A DNA stretch of 37,315 nt from an uncultured Oscillospiraceae bacterium (lineage in GTDB: Bacteria > Bacillota > Clostridia > Oscillospirales > CAG-382): the NCBI GenBank assembly GCA_964646725.1, contig CAZYFX010000002.1:1-37315 (forward strand), read 5' to 3'. Of this stretch, positions 17,601-25,394 are shown piece after piece. How positions within the stretch are numbered: position 1 is the stretch's first letter; each line of letters begins with the position of its first letter. A program made the position numbers and the translations under genes. The notes beneath the pieces were generated by a model. That model worked only from the letters and a program-made list of their open reading frames with translations. It was not told the DNA's origin and did not search any database.

Positions 17601-19047
17601 TGTCGGGGTCGGCCTCGATACGCATTTTGTACCACAGCTTGTCGGTCAGCTCCTTGTAAACGAGCTTGTCGCCGACCTTGACGCCGTTGGCATACAGCTG
17701 ATCGTCCGTTACGGAGAATTTCGCCACGGTCGTGCCGTTCGAGGTGAGCGCGAAGGTCACGCTGTTCGAGCCGTCCGGGAAGAAAGCGTTGAAATTGAAG
17801 GAGATCTTGCCACTTGTCGGCTCAAAGCTCTTGGAGAGGGAGGAAGCGGAGGGAAGAAGAAATTCGCCGCTTTTGACGGAGGTCGAGCCGGTAGCCTTCA
17901 TGTCGTAGGGAATACTGCTCGTCATAGTCAGGTTTTCGTTGACGAAATAGTTGGCATTGATGTACGAAGCATACATCTGCGTGATGTTTTTGCTCTCATC
18001 CGTCGTGGAGTAAGCAAAATAGCGCACTGCGTCGCCGATGAGAGGGTGCGTGCCGCAGTTGACGTTGTTGATGGCGGTCACGGACATGCCCTTGGCAAGG
18101 TCTAATTCGATGCGGAAGGTGAACGTAGAGGACAGAGCGTGCTTCGGAGTGTAGATCGGCGTGTACGATCCGTCCGCACCTTCAATGCAGAATGCACCGT
18201 CATGTGTGACCAAACGATAGGCGGGCGTGCCGTCCTCGTCGCAGAATTCGAGCACGTTTCCGTCAAAGCCGTAGCTGTAGCTGACTTGTGTGCGAAGCTC
18301 GATCTTGTCATCGGTCATGCGCTCAAAGTAGCGGATCATGCGCGATTTTTCGTCGGTCATGAAGTCGGTGAGCACGGTGTTCCCGGCTAAGGTGGTCTTT
18401 AAGCGGCCGGCACGGTTATCGAATTCCCAACCGGACTGAAGCCCTTCCTTCGAGCCGTTGAGTGAGGAGGTGACGGATACGCGGAAAGCCTGTTTGCGCG
18501 TGTCTTTCGTTGTGACGGTATAGCCGATACGGCGAGAGGGCACACTCATGCGGGAAACCATCGCGGAAAGCTCTTTTTGCGTGAGCTTTTCGAATGGCTT
18601 CAGATTACCGCCCGCATCCAGGGACAGAATGCCGGCACGGCAGAACGCGAGCGCGGCGGGATAGTCGGAGCTTACAGCCGAAAGGTCGCTGATCTTCAAA
18701 ATGTCGTTAATGAAAGCGTATTTGTCATCGGCCAACACGGGATATAAGATCCGAATGGCCTCCAGACGGGTCACGCTTTTGGTGTACGAGGAATAGCTGT
18801 CGGCGGTGATAAGCCCTTTTTCGACAGCATACGCGGCAACGGCGGAATAGTCATCGTTCGAAGCGGACAAGGCTTTTCCGCTTGCATCATCCGTTGCCGT
18901 ACCGTACAGACGGCAGGCCGCGGTCAGCACTTCGCCGACCGAAACGGCGTCAAACGGACCTTTGATCGAATCGGCCGCATGGCAACCGATACCGACAAGG
19001 CAGAGCACAGTTACGAAAAGAACTGTGTGTTGAAAAAAATTTCGCAT
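14641..19047 (-). CDS. Giant secreted surface protein: SLH-like pair, lectin-like region, WbsX/GH99-like domain, three beta-sandwich-like modules, copper-amine-oxidase-N-like domain
   Basis: Signal peptide is present. SLH-like segments include ..AALAFCRAGILSLDAGGNLKPFEKLTQKELSAMVSRM. The central region matches the WbsX/GH99-like pattern (PVLGYYDEGLPETADWENKFMAEHGIDFQAFCWY, FCLLWEAS, STWNEYGEGTYIMP). I set the start at ATG 19047 (M8 of the track ORF, which begins at a TTG) because GGAAGGGAG lies 6-7 nt upstream. Confidence 0.75.
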   Translation of the reverse strand: MRNFFQHTVLFVTVLCLVGIGCHAADSIKGPFDAVSVGEVLTAACRLYGTATDDASGKALSASNDDYSAVAAYAVEKGLITADSYSSYTKSVTRLEAIRILYPVLADDKYAFINDILKISDLSAVSSDYPAALAFCRAGILSLDAGGNLKPFEKLTQKELSAMVSRMSVPSRRIGYTVTTKDTRKQAFRVSVTSSLNGSKEGLQSGWEFDNRAGRLKTTLAGNTVLTDFMTDEKSRMIRYFERMTDDKIELRTQVSYSYGFDGNVLEFCDEDGTPAYRLVTHDGAFCIEGADGSYTPIYTPKHALSSTFTFRIELDLAKGMSVTAINNVNCGTHPLIGDAVRYFAYSTTDESKNITQMYASYINANYFVNENLTMTSSIPYDMKATGSTSVKSGEFLLPSASSLSKSFEPTSGKISFNFNAFFPDGSNSVTFALTSNGTTVAKFSVTDDQLYANGVKVGDKLVYKELTDKLWYKMRIEADPDTGSADFKVNGKVIGTVPFLAQADSFDGILFENNGATELKLDDIQVYNLVDYDVPEPVIPDGADDYIIGMNICSLWVNGDHYGWACVSPYDDITPVLGYYDEGLPETADWENKFMAEHGIDFQAFCWYANQSKAPMKSTGLGDQLDDAYMHSKYGDKVSFCLLWEASNASRPTDSDAFRNYYVPYWMENYFSDPRYMAIDNKLVFGIFGVEKLINEFGESLKDEFDYMREQVKTLGYDGMIITASNTGVNTLAQYGIDAWNAYNWGTSGYSYDVNVSSNLNRAKNKDVYVIPVVSVGFNSIGWHGTRYPIMSVSDFKKTHEWVRDTYLPTYASDSDWTHNFVWLSTWNEYGEGTYIMPSEGLNGFGYLDALREVYTNGGDHTDVVPTAEQKTHINHLYPQDRRLLRAYGDYTVPKTTPRTATECDFTVDGAYSDYITLGNMTGENATTDKNGTTFTTSSTNPDANLYFKESLYSGLYCEQLESIRVIARIPAGKSMQLFFKTSSSGNWSEGNSARITSTTDDEAVYTFDLSSNVNWTGKITGLRLDPLDATDTKFTVKSITLYTIPAYMFTVKNAYKNYVTLSDFSSLGISTSDSGTTFKSSLTSDDPIMAIKSSLYSNYTCDQIDSIRVVASGIPVGQNMQLFYQTDGAPDLCEANSIRIASTTTDETVFNFKVSAVNGWTGKINYLRLDPLALKNTSFTIKSITFVPSADSELYINNYKVENVIRSQTDANGTCFFPFEPGKSCINFLLYTYHEWDYNDKTLKLYRDGKCVTFTVGSDVADIDGTDYKLPGKVYQIDNIPMLPLQSLADIFGFTYKKIGRDYYFTTPEADLFEEYFEEEDTTPGEWNFNVLGSQNGWTTYNNVSYGIGTLNLSIYDASKPDPMMWSPKELGLSCEDYSKIEIRCRWSTDIDSNVLGFYFITTDDENWNQAKYVGNNVAKTSNDEFVTLTINMASNGYWKGTLEQLRFDPFNANGIIEIDYIKLIP
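14644..16344 (-). repeat. Three diverged ~135-aa coding modules sharing a terminal LR(L/F)DP motif
   Basis: Modules at about 15925-16344 (..GKITGLRLDPLDATDTKFTVKSITLY), 15485-15898 (..GKINYLRLDPLALKNTSFTIKSITFV) and 14644-15066 (..GTLEQLRFDPFNANGIIEIDYIKLI). The first two align clearly along their length (..D(Q/E)(I/L)(D/E)SIRV.. / ..MQLF(F/Y)..). A copper-amine-oxidase-N-like segment separates the third. Confidence 0.65.
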
Positions 19048-19129
19048 GAGTTGCTCCCTTCCGAACAAGCAAGCTTGGGTGTGGGAAAAAAGTAAACGGC
19101 TTGATTGTTTCGTGTTTTTTAATATTTAT

Positions 19130-19158
19130 ATTTTACCATTTTGCCCGGCGTTTGTCAA
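19130..19158 (-). promoter_or_regulatory. Sigma-A-type promoter for the 1468-aa surface protein gene
   Basis: On the minus strand: TTGACA (19158-19153), 17-nt spacer, TAAAAT (19135-19130). Confidence 0.6.
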
Positions 19159-19348
19159 CGGTACCATATCAAAAACGGCAATTATCACAAAAAAAGAAGG
19201 CGCTTCTTGGTGAAAATAACGGACAAATCTTTGCATCGGGCTTTTTGAAGAGCCGAAGCCGATTCCCATTTTTTCCTTTACATAAATTTTTCCTTGCGAC
19301 AAACAATAGGGCTGTAAAATGAAATAGAAATAAAGGAGATTTTTATAT

Positions 19349-19894
19349 ATGAAAGCTACCGGAATTGTGAGAAGGATAGACGACCTCGGCCGTGTTGTCA
19401 TCCCCAAAGAAATTCGCCGCACCATGCGTATTCGTGAGGGTGACCCGTTGGAGATATTCACCGACCGTGACGGCGAGGTGATCTTCAAAAAGTATTCCCC
19501 CATCGGCGAGCTTGTCGGATTTGCGACGCAGTACGCCGACACGCTGTACAAGACCTGCGCCAAGCCGATCGTCATCTGCGACCGCGACGCGGTCATTGCC
19601 GTCTCCGGCGTTTCGAAAAAGGAATGCGCCGAAAAGAAGATATCTGCGGATATTGAAGGCATCATGGAAAGCCGTCAATTGTACGGGTATTCGCCCGAAC
19701 ACGAGCCGCTTTACGTTGTGGACGGAAACGAGAAGATCGCCGTTTCCTGCGCTATGCCGATCCTTGCGCAGGGGGATATTATCGGCGCGGTTGTTTCTGT
19801 TTTGAAGGAAGAGGAAAAATCGGCGCCGGGCGAGGTGGAGATCAGTTTGATCCGAACGGCGGCTGTCTTTCTGGGTAAACAGCTGGAGGAGTAA
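19349..19894 (+). CDS. spoVT: Stage V sporulation protein T (AbrB-type N-terminal domain + GAF-like domain)
   Basis: MKATGIVRRIDDLGRVVIPKEIRRTMRIREGDPLEIF is the canonical SpoVT/AbrB swapped-hairpin N-terminus, and 181 aa is the usual SpoVT size. RBS is AAGGAG. Confidence 0.9.
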   Translation: MKATGIVRRIDDLGRVVIPKEIRRTMRIREGDPLEIFTDRDGEVIFKKYSPIGELVGFATQYADTLYKTCAKPIVICDRDAVIAVSGVSKKECAEKKISADIEGIMESRQLYGYSPEHEPLYVVDGNEKIAVSCAMPILAQGDIIGAVVSVLKEEEKSAPGEVEISLIRTAAVFLGKQLEE

Positions 19895-19917
19895 AGCGCA
19901 GCGGATTGATATATTAC

Positions 19918-19966
19918 AGCGGCGGCTGTCTCACACGGGTGCGGGACAGCGCCGCTTCGTTATTTT
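19918..19966 (+). terminator. Rho-independent terminator of spoVT
   Basis: AGCGGCGGCTGTC ... GACAGCGCCGCT (12 bp with one bulge), followed by TCGTTATTTT. Confidence 0.75.
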
Positions 19967-20106
19967 CGATGACCGATGTCTCGATCGTTCTGTTTCCCGC
20001 GTTGTGATTGTCTGCCGCACGGATCGAATCGCCATGGCTTTTGCCGTTTATGTGTTGCTTATCCGTCTGTGAGTATCGATAATTAACAGTTTATTACAAA
20101 AAACGT

Positions 20107-20136
20107 TTGCGTGACGTAACTTTCACGGCGTATACT
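20107..20136 (+). promoter_or_regulatory. Candidate sigma-A promoter upstream of the GNAT/GrpB operon
   Basis: TTGCGT (20107-20112), 18-nt spacer, TATACT (20131-20136). This would give a leader of about 130 nt. Confidence 0.4.
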
Positions 20137-20274
20137 TTTAACAGTATTCCTTTACCCACGCATGAACAGCCGTGAAAGTATCCTTGCACGGCACGGCGTG
20201 ACCATCTTTCTGAAAGGATTCTGCACTTGCGGACGCACGGTTCGCCCATCGGACGGATCTGCGCATAAAAACTT

Positions 20275-20922
20275 ATGGCATTTTGGAACATCTTCGGCGT
20301 TGACAAATCGGGGAAAAACGCTCCGACACTTGCGGAAAAGGCCGCCGGGGTCTTTGCTTCGCCGCCGACGCTTGAAACCGAACGTCTGCGGCTTTGTCAA
20401 ATGCAGCCGGAACACGCGGCCGATATGTACGAATATTCTTCGGACGCCGAGGTGACGAAATATCTCACCTGGTCGCCGCATTCGTCACTGAAAGAAACCG
20501 AGCGCTATTTGCGCATTTTACAGCGGAAATACGCCGACGGCTCCTTTCACGACTGGGGACTGATTTTGAAGGAAAGCGGAAAATTCATCGGAACCTGCGG
20601 CTACACCTCATTCGATGAAAAAAACAACACGGCCGAGGTCGGCTATGTGTTAGCCAAGCCCTATTGGGGCAAAGGCCTTGCTGCCGAAGCCGTTCGCGCC
20701 GCCATGCACTTCGGCTTCGAGGTGTTTGAGCTTGACGGCTTCACCGCCAAATACATGGAGGGAAACGACGCTTCCGGTCGCGTCATGCAAAAATGCGGCA
20801 TGACACTTGAGGGCGTGTATCGCCACAGCATGTACATCAAGGGCGAATTTAAAAACATCGTGGTGTACCGCGTCGATAAGGAAGGCTTCTATGCCGCTTT
20901 GGAACGGAGCGATAACATATGA
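20275..20922 (+). CDS. GNAT-family N-acetyltransferase (RimJ/RimL-like)
   Basis: LETERLRLCQMQPEHAADMYEY... is the typical Acetyltransf_3 N-terminus, and YWGKGLAAEAVRAAMHFGF is an acetyl-CoA-binding motif. The ATG at 20275 has no clear SD, so the start is uncertain. Confidence 0.8.
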   Translation: MAFWNIFGVDKSGKNAPTLAEKAAGVFASPPTLETERLRLCQMQPEHAADMYEYSSDAEVTKYLTWSPHSSLKETERYLRILQRKYADGSFHDWGLILKESGKFIGTCGYTSFDEKNNTAEVGYVLAKPYWGKGLAAEAVRAAMHFGFEVFELDGFTAKYMEGNDASGRVMQKCGMTLEGVYRHSMYIKGEFKNIVVYRVDKEGFYAALERSDNI

Positions 20923-21800
20923 TCGGATTGAAAAAAGGAACCGTTCGGCTCGAACCGCACGACCCGATGTGGGAAACGGAAGCGGCTGCCGCAATCAAGC
21001 GTTTAAAGGATATTTTGGGCGACACGGTAAAGGATGCCGCTCATGTCGGAAGTACCGCCGTTCCGAGCATCATGGCCAAGCCCATCATCGATATCGCGCT
21101 TGCGGTCACCGATTTGGAGGATGTGCTTCCTTTTGTCGGGATCCTTAAAGATAACGGCTTTCATTACCGTCCGAATGCGATTGATTCTCAGATTCTGTTT
21201 GCCTGCGGAAGCTGTTATGAAGGGACGGGAGACTTGCAGACGCATTTTATCCATGTGGTTCGCGAAAACAGCATGGAGTGGCTCAACCATGTCAATTTCC
21301 GCGATTATCTGAACAGCCGTCCTTCCGTCGCTCGGGAATACGAAGCCCTAAAGCTGTCTTTGGCCGCACAGTATCCTACAGACAGCGGACGCGAACGGTA
21401 TTTGGCCGGGAAGCACGATTTCATCGTGTACACCCTGCGCAAGGCGTTAGTTCGTTCGTATTTGGGAAAAAGCGTTTTCATAAAGATCGACCGTCCGATC
21501 GGCTATGTACACAAAAAAGAGAAATACACCTTGACTTACCCCATCAATTACGGCTATGTGCCGGGTGTTTTGGGCGGTGACAGCGAGGAATTGGACGTAT
21601 ATCTGTTGGGCGTACAAACGCCGGTCGAAGAATACACGCCGCAGATCATCGGCATTGCTCACCGTGCGGACGATGCAGAGGACAAGCTCATCGGCGCACC
21701 GCGCGGCATTTCGTTTACACGTGCCGAGATCGAACGCGCCGTTGCCTTCCAAGAACGGTACTATCAAACGACCATTGAGCTGTCAGACGAACCGCTTTAA
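20919..21800 (+). CDS. Fusion protein: GrpB-family (UPF0157, nucleotidyltransferase-fold) domain + compact family-I inorganic-pyrophosphatase-like domain
   Basis: Residues 1-175 carry GrpB hallmarks (HVGSTAVPSIMAKPIIDIALAV..., HFIHVV...W..HVNFRDYL). Residues ~183-293 resemble PPase (IKIDRP.., YPINYGYVPGVLGGDSEELDVYLLG, IIGIAHRADDAEDKLIGAP). The ATG overlaps the GNAT stop codon (ATGA at 20919-20922). Confidence 0.7.
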   Translation: MIGLKKGTVRLEPHDPMWETEAAAAIKRLKDILGDTVKDAAHVGSTAVPSIMAKPIIDIALAVTDLEDVLPFVGILKDNGFHYRPNAIDSQILFACGSCYEGTGDLQTHFIHVVRENSMEWLNHVNFRDYLNSRPSVAREYEALKLSLAAQYPTDSGRERYLAGKHDFIVYTLRKALVRSYLGKSVFIKIDRPIGYVHKKEKYTLTYPINYGYVPGVLGGDSEELDVYLLGVQTPVEEYTPQIIGIAHRADDAEDKLIGAPRGISFTRAEIERAVAFQERYYQTTIELSDEPL

Positions 21801-21818
21801 ACGAAAAGGAGCAGACTT

Positions 21819-22001
21819 ATGTCCGAAAAAACAAACTGTGATTTTTGCGCGTACTTCTACGAGGACGAGGACACGGGCTATGCGCTCTGCCACATGGCTC
21901 TCGACGAGGACGAAATGCTGCACTACTTAAAGGGACGCTTTCAAAGCTGTCCGTATTTCAAGCTGTACGATGAGTACAGCATTGTGAAAAAACAGATGTA
22001 G
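21819..22001 (+). CDS. Small conserved-looking Cys-containing protein (60 aa), function unknown
   Basis: Good RBS (AAAGGAG, 8 nt upstream). Four Cys in CDFC...C...C spacing with an acidic core (YFYEDEDTGYALCHMALDEDEML). A terminator follows the gene. Confidence 0.55.
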   Translation: MSEKTNCDFCAYFYEDEDTGYALCHMALDEDEMLHYLKGRFQSCPYFKLYDEYSIVKKQM

Positions 22002-22085
22002 GTGTTGCGGTAAAAGCAGCATGAGTCTTTTCGCGGAACCTTTTTGAGGCTCTTTCTGTCGGTATCCTTTGCCGAAAAACAAATC

Positions 22086-22120
22086 GGGGTGTATCTTTTT
22101 TGGATACACCCCTTGTTTTT
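22086..22120. terminator. Bidirectional rho-independent terminator
   Basis: GGGGTGTATC-ttttttg-GATACACCCC, followed by TTGTTTTT on the plus strand and GATTTGTTTTT on the minus strand. It lies between convergent genes. Confidence 0.8.
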
Positions 22121-23843
22121 ATGCTTCCGGAATACACCGCTTGACCTCTTCGACCGACAGCCCCAAGCCTCCGTGCGCCGCAAGTAAAGCCGCGCCGAAG
22201 GCCGCCTCCTCGTGTAAGGACGGTAAGTAAAGCGGCTTTCCGAAGGTTTCGGAAAACACATTGCCGAGCACCTCGTTTTTTCGAAACGCATTCCCCGATG
22301 CGACCAACCGTCCGTCGCAAACGACACCGCCTATGCGGTACATGTCGTGCAGTTCCTCGGCGATGCCGCGCAAAACGCCGAGTGCAAGCGAGCCCGGTGT
22401 GAAATTGTCCTCTCCGATGTTCTGCACAAAGCCACGTACCGTCGGGTCGGCGCGCGAACCGCAAAAGCGGGTGGAAACGCACAAAGGCGTAGCTTCGCGT
22501 TCTTCAAAGGCTTTTCGCGCCAAGCTGTTCAGACGCTCGTATTGCGGGTCATCCGAACCGACAAAGGCACGGAAAAAGCGTTCGAGCAGAGCATACGCTC
22601 TTCCGCCGCAGAGAGCCGAACCGCAGAGTAGCTCACAGCCGTTGAAATAGGGGCGGCGTTCGAGCGGAAGCGCGGGATCCTGTGCCGACGGCGGTACGCG
22701 AAGCGTGATCTGACTGCCGGTTCCGCAATTGACCGACAAGTCGTGTTCCTCGTCGCGCACAGCGCCGAAAAAGGAAGCCTGATTGTCCCCGACAGCCACC
22801 GTGACCGGAATGCCACGATAGTGCCCCGCAACGGCAAGCTCGGCGGTCACCTCGGGCAAAAACGAAAGCGGAATGCCGAGTGCTTGCAGAGCCGCCTTGT
22901 CAAAAGCGTTTTGCGCACGATCGAACAGTCCGAGACTTGCCGCATCCGAGGTGTGCATGAGCGGACGCTTTTGGTCGGTTATGCGCATGACGGCATAATC
23001 GCCGACGGTGCAGAGTGTGACGGCCGAAGCGGGAAGCAGACCGTGGCGCACGTTGTAAAGGTGCGTGGCAAGACCGTAGCCCGGCATAACCGTGCGGCCG
23101 GTCTTGTCCGCGATCCATGAGCAGATGCTTTTTCCGTTTTCTTCTTTTTGCGCGGCGCGTTCGTCCTGCCAGGTGTACAGGGGAGACACGGCGTTTCCGT
23201 CGGCGTCGGTGTAAAGGATGCCGTGCATTTGTCCGGTCACGCCGATGGCGGCAATGCCGGGAAAAGCACCCACGACCGAATCCAGAAAACGAAGCAGCTC
23301 TTCGGTAATGTGAGCGGCATCCTGCTCATGCCGAAAGGCTTCCGACGCATCGATGCCCGATGCATTGGCAAGGGTATAACAGGCAATCTGTCGGCAGGTG
23401 CATACATCCACGACCGCCGCGCTGACGGTCGTTGTTCCGATATCCAACCCGAGCGTTAAGCGATGTGTGTCGGAGTCCGGCGGGATGAAAAGCTCCGGGT
23501 CGTCGAACAGAGCTTTGTCGGAATCGACCGCTTCTTCGGCAAGGTATGCGCGGCAGAGTCGTTCGCGATCCTTGTTGATCCCGTTTTCCTCCGACAGCTC
23601 GTCGAGTCGTTTGCGAAAGAGCTCCTTTTCGGAGAGGATCCCGTCCGCCCACAGGCGTATATCGGCAAGAGGTACGCCGACGGTGCGAAAACGGCGAATT
23701 TCGCAAAGACGCTCGATCTGTTTTTCGGTGTAGGTGCGGTAAGCGTTGGAACAGCGTTCGACCGAGAGCAGTCCTTTTTTCTCGTACAGACGGATCGCTT
23801 TGGCGGTAAGACCTGTTCGGCGTTCGGCTTCTTTGATCTGCAT
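22119..23843 (-). CDS. MerR-family HTH regulator fused to an FGGY/sedoheptulokinase-like sugar kinase domain
   Basis: The N-terminus MQIKEAERRTGLTAKAIRLYEKKGLLSVERCSNAYRTYTEKQIERLCEIRRFRTVGVPLADI is a MerR HTH plus coiled coil. Residues ~125-574 carry ASKHA/FGGY motifs: LGLDIGTTTVS, GVTGQMHGILY, AVGDNQASFFG, NCGTGSQI, EEAAFGAALLAA. Confidence 0.8.
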   Translation of the reverse strand: MQIKEAERRTGLTAKAIRLYEKKGLLSVERCSNAYRTYTEKQIERLCEIRRFRTVGVPLADIRLWADGILSEKELFRKRLDELSEENGINKDRERLCRAYLAEEAVDSDKALFDDPELFIPPDSDTHRLTLGLDIGTTTVSAAVVDVCTCRQIACYTLANASGIDASEAFRHEQDAAHITEELLRFLDSVVGAFPGIAAIGVTGQMHGILYTDADGNAVSPLYTWQDERAAQKEENGKSICSWIADKTGRTVMPGYGLATHLYNVRHGLLPASAVTLCTVGDYAVMRITDQKRPLMHTSDAASLGLFDRAQNAFDKAALQALGIPLSFLPEVTAELAVAGHYRGIPVTVAVGDNQASFFGAVRDEEHDLSVNCGTGSQITLRVPPSAQDPALPLERRPYFNGCELLCGSALCGGRAYALLERFFRAFVGSDDPQYERLNSLARKAFEEREATPLCVSTRFCGSRADPTVRGFVQNIGEDNFTPGSLALGVLRGIAEELHDMYRIGGVVCDGRLVASGNAFRKNEVLGNVFSETFGKPLYLPSLHEEAAFGAALLAAHGGLGLSVEEVKRCIPEA

Positions 23844-23883
23844 GATGTTTCCCCTTTATCGTTTTTTCTCATTGATATTGTAT

Positions 23884-23914
23884 AGTATAAACGCTTTCCT
23901 TGGGGGAATGTCAA
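23884..23914 (-). promoter_or_regulatory. Promoter of the MerR-kinase gene with an overlong 19-nt spacer
   Basis: On the minus strand: TTGACA (23914-23909), 19-nt spacer (ttcccccaaggaaagcgtt, containing a short TTCC..GGAA dyad), TATACT (23889-23884). It lies about 40 nt upstream of the ATG. Confidence 0.55.
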
Positions 23915-23992
23915 GTCTTTTTTTATATTTATCGGAATTCTGTGCTTAACACAGTGTGTTTCCCTTGTGTGGCGAAGCGCCGCTTCGGAAAG

Positions 23993-24604
23993 CTATAGCA
24001 AGGCTTCCATCTTCTCCTCGTCCTCGGCCGTGATCTCCCTTATTGCGCGGCACGGAACCCCGTAAGCCAACGTTCCCGCCGGGATATCGTGCGTCACCAC
24101 GCTGCCCGCACCGATGACCGCGCCGTCGCCGATGGTCACGCCCGCGCATACGATGACCCCCGCGCCCAACCACACGTCGTTTCCGATGGTGATGGGCTTG
24201 GCGTAGCAGGGGATGAACGTCTCGCCCTTTTCGTTGACCATGCCCCGACGCTGACGCCCGGAAAGCGGATGAAGCGGTGTGGACAGCGTCACGTTCGGGC
24301 CTGCCATAAAATTGTCGCCGATGGTCACGCCGCCGTCATCCTGCACGATGAAATTGTAATTGGCAAAGAAGTTCGAGCCGACCTTGGTGTGCATACCGTA
24401 ATTGAACTGCACCGGCCCCTGCACGGTCACGTTTTCGCCCATGCCGCCGAGCATCTCCTCTAAAATTTCCGCACGGCGCGGATTGTCCTCGGTCAAACCG
24501 TTGTACTCGGTGCAAAGATTGTGCGCCTTGTGCTTGACGGCCTTCAATTCGGCTCCTCGCGCGTTGAACAGCTTGCCGGCAAAGATTTTTTCATGCTCCG
24601 TCAT
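23993..24604 (-). CDS. maa: Maltose/galactoside O-acetyltransferase family (left-handed beta-helix hexapeptide transferase)
   Basis: The Mac N-terminal region ([35 protein letters not shown]) is followed by hexapeptide repeats ([33 protein letters not shown]). RBS is GGAGG. Confidence 0.85.
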   Translation of the reverse strand: MTEHEKIFAGKLFNARGAELKAVKHKAHNLCTEYNGLTEDNPRRAEILEEMLGGMGENVTVQGPVQFNYGMHTKVGSNFFANYNFIVQDDGGVTIGDNFMAGPNVTLSTPLHPLSGRQRRGMVNEKGETFIPCYAKPITIGNDVWLGAGVIVCAGVTIGDGAVIGAGSVVTHDIPAGTLAYGVPCRAIREITAEDEEKMEALL

Positions 24605-24633
24605 TTTTCGTTTCCTCCGTTGTTCCTTTGTTT

Positions 24634-25254
24634 TTAACGTATAAAATTCGTTCGAATGATCGGTTCGCGCTCATACGGCTCGATACCGGCCTTTTTTCCC
24701 GCCTCGATGCAGGACAGCAGCCACGCCATGTTGTCCGCCAACGTCCGCATGGTCTGCAAGCCTTCCTCGTCCTTTAATACATCCGTCGGGCACGAGCCGT
24801 GCACCTGATTCCAGTACTGAGACGTGACGACGGGCATATTCGACATCATAAAATATTTGTTGATGCTTTCGAACGCCGCCGTCGCGCCGCCTCTGCGGCA
24901 GCTCACCACCGCGCAGGTCGGTTTGTTTCGCAAATGCCGCGATGCCGAAAAAAACAGTCGATCCATAAAAGAAACAAGCTGTCCCGACGCACCGGCATAG
25001 TACACCGGCGAACCGAACACAAAGCCGTCGGCCGACGCGCATTTTTCGGCGGCGGTCGCAACGATATCGTTGCGGAAGCAGTGCCCCGTTTTCGCACAGG
25101 CACCGCAGGCGATACAACCGGCGATGGGGGTGTTCCCCAACCAAAGAAGCTCGGCTTCGAGCCCATTTTCCTCCAGACGTTTTGCCATATGCGCAAGCGC
25201 CGTGTGGGTACAGCCGTGTTCATGCGGACTGCCGTTTATCAATAATACCTTCAT
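24634..25254 (-). CDS. Flavodoxin-like fold NAD(P)H-dependent FMN reductase / iron-sulfur flavoprotein-like protein
   Basis: [20 protein letters not shown]... followed by a Cys cluster ([15 protein letters not shown]). I set the start at ATG 25254 (M20 of the track ORF), which has GGAGG 8 nt upstream. Confidence 0.8.
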   Translation of the reverse strand: MKVLLINGSPHEHGCTHTALAHMAKRLEENGLEAELLWLGNTPIAGCIACGACAKTGHCFRNDIVATAAEKCASADGFVFGSPVYYAGASGQLVSFMDRLFFSASRHLRNKPTCAVVSCRRGGATAAFESINKYFMMSNMPVVTSQYWNQVHGSCPTDVLKDEEGLQTMRTLADNMAWLLSCIEAGKKAGIEPYEREPIIRTNFIR

Positions 25255-25394
25255 ACCGTGTTCCTCCGTTCGTATGTTTTCTTTTCCAAGTGTATGCCCC
25301 ACGTCGGGCATTTATCCGTTAAAGGCAAACGAGAGACCGTAAAATCGATTTTACAGTCCCTCGCTTCTTTTTTGATTCTTACTGTTTACCGCAA

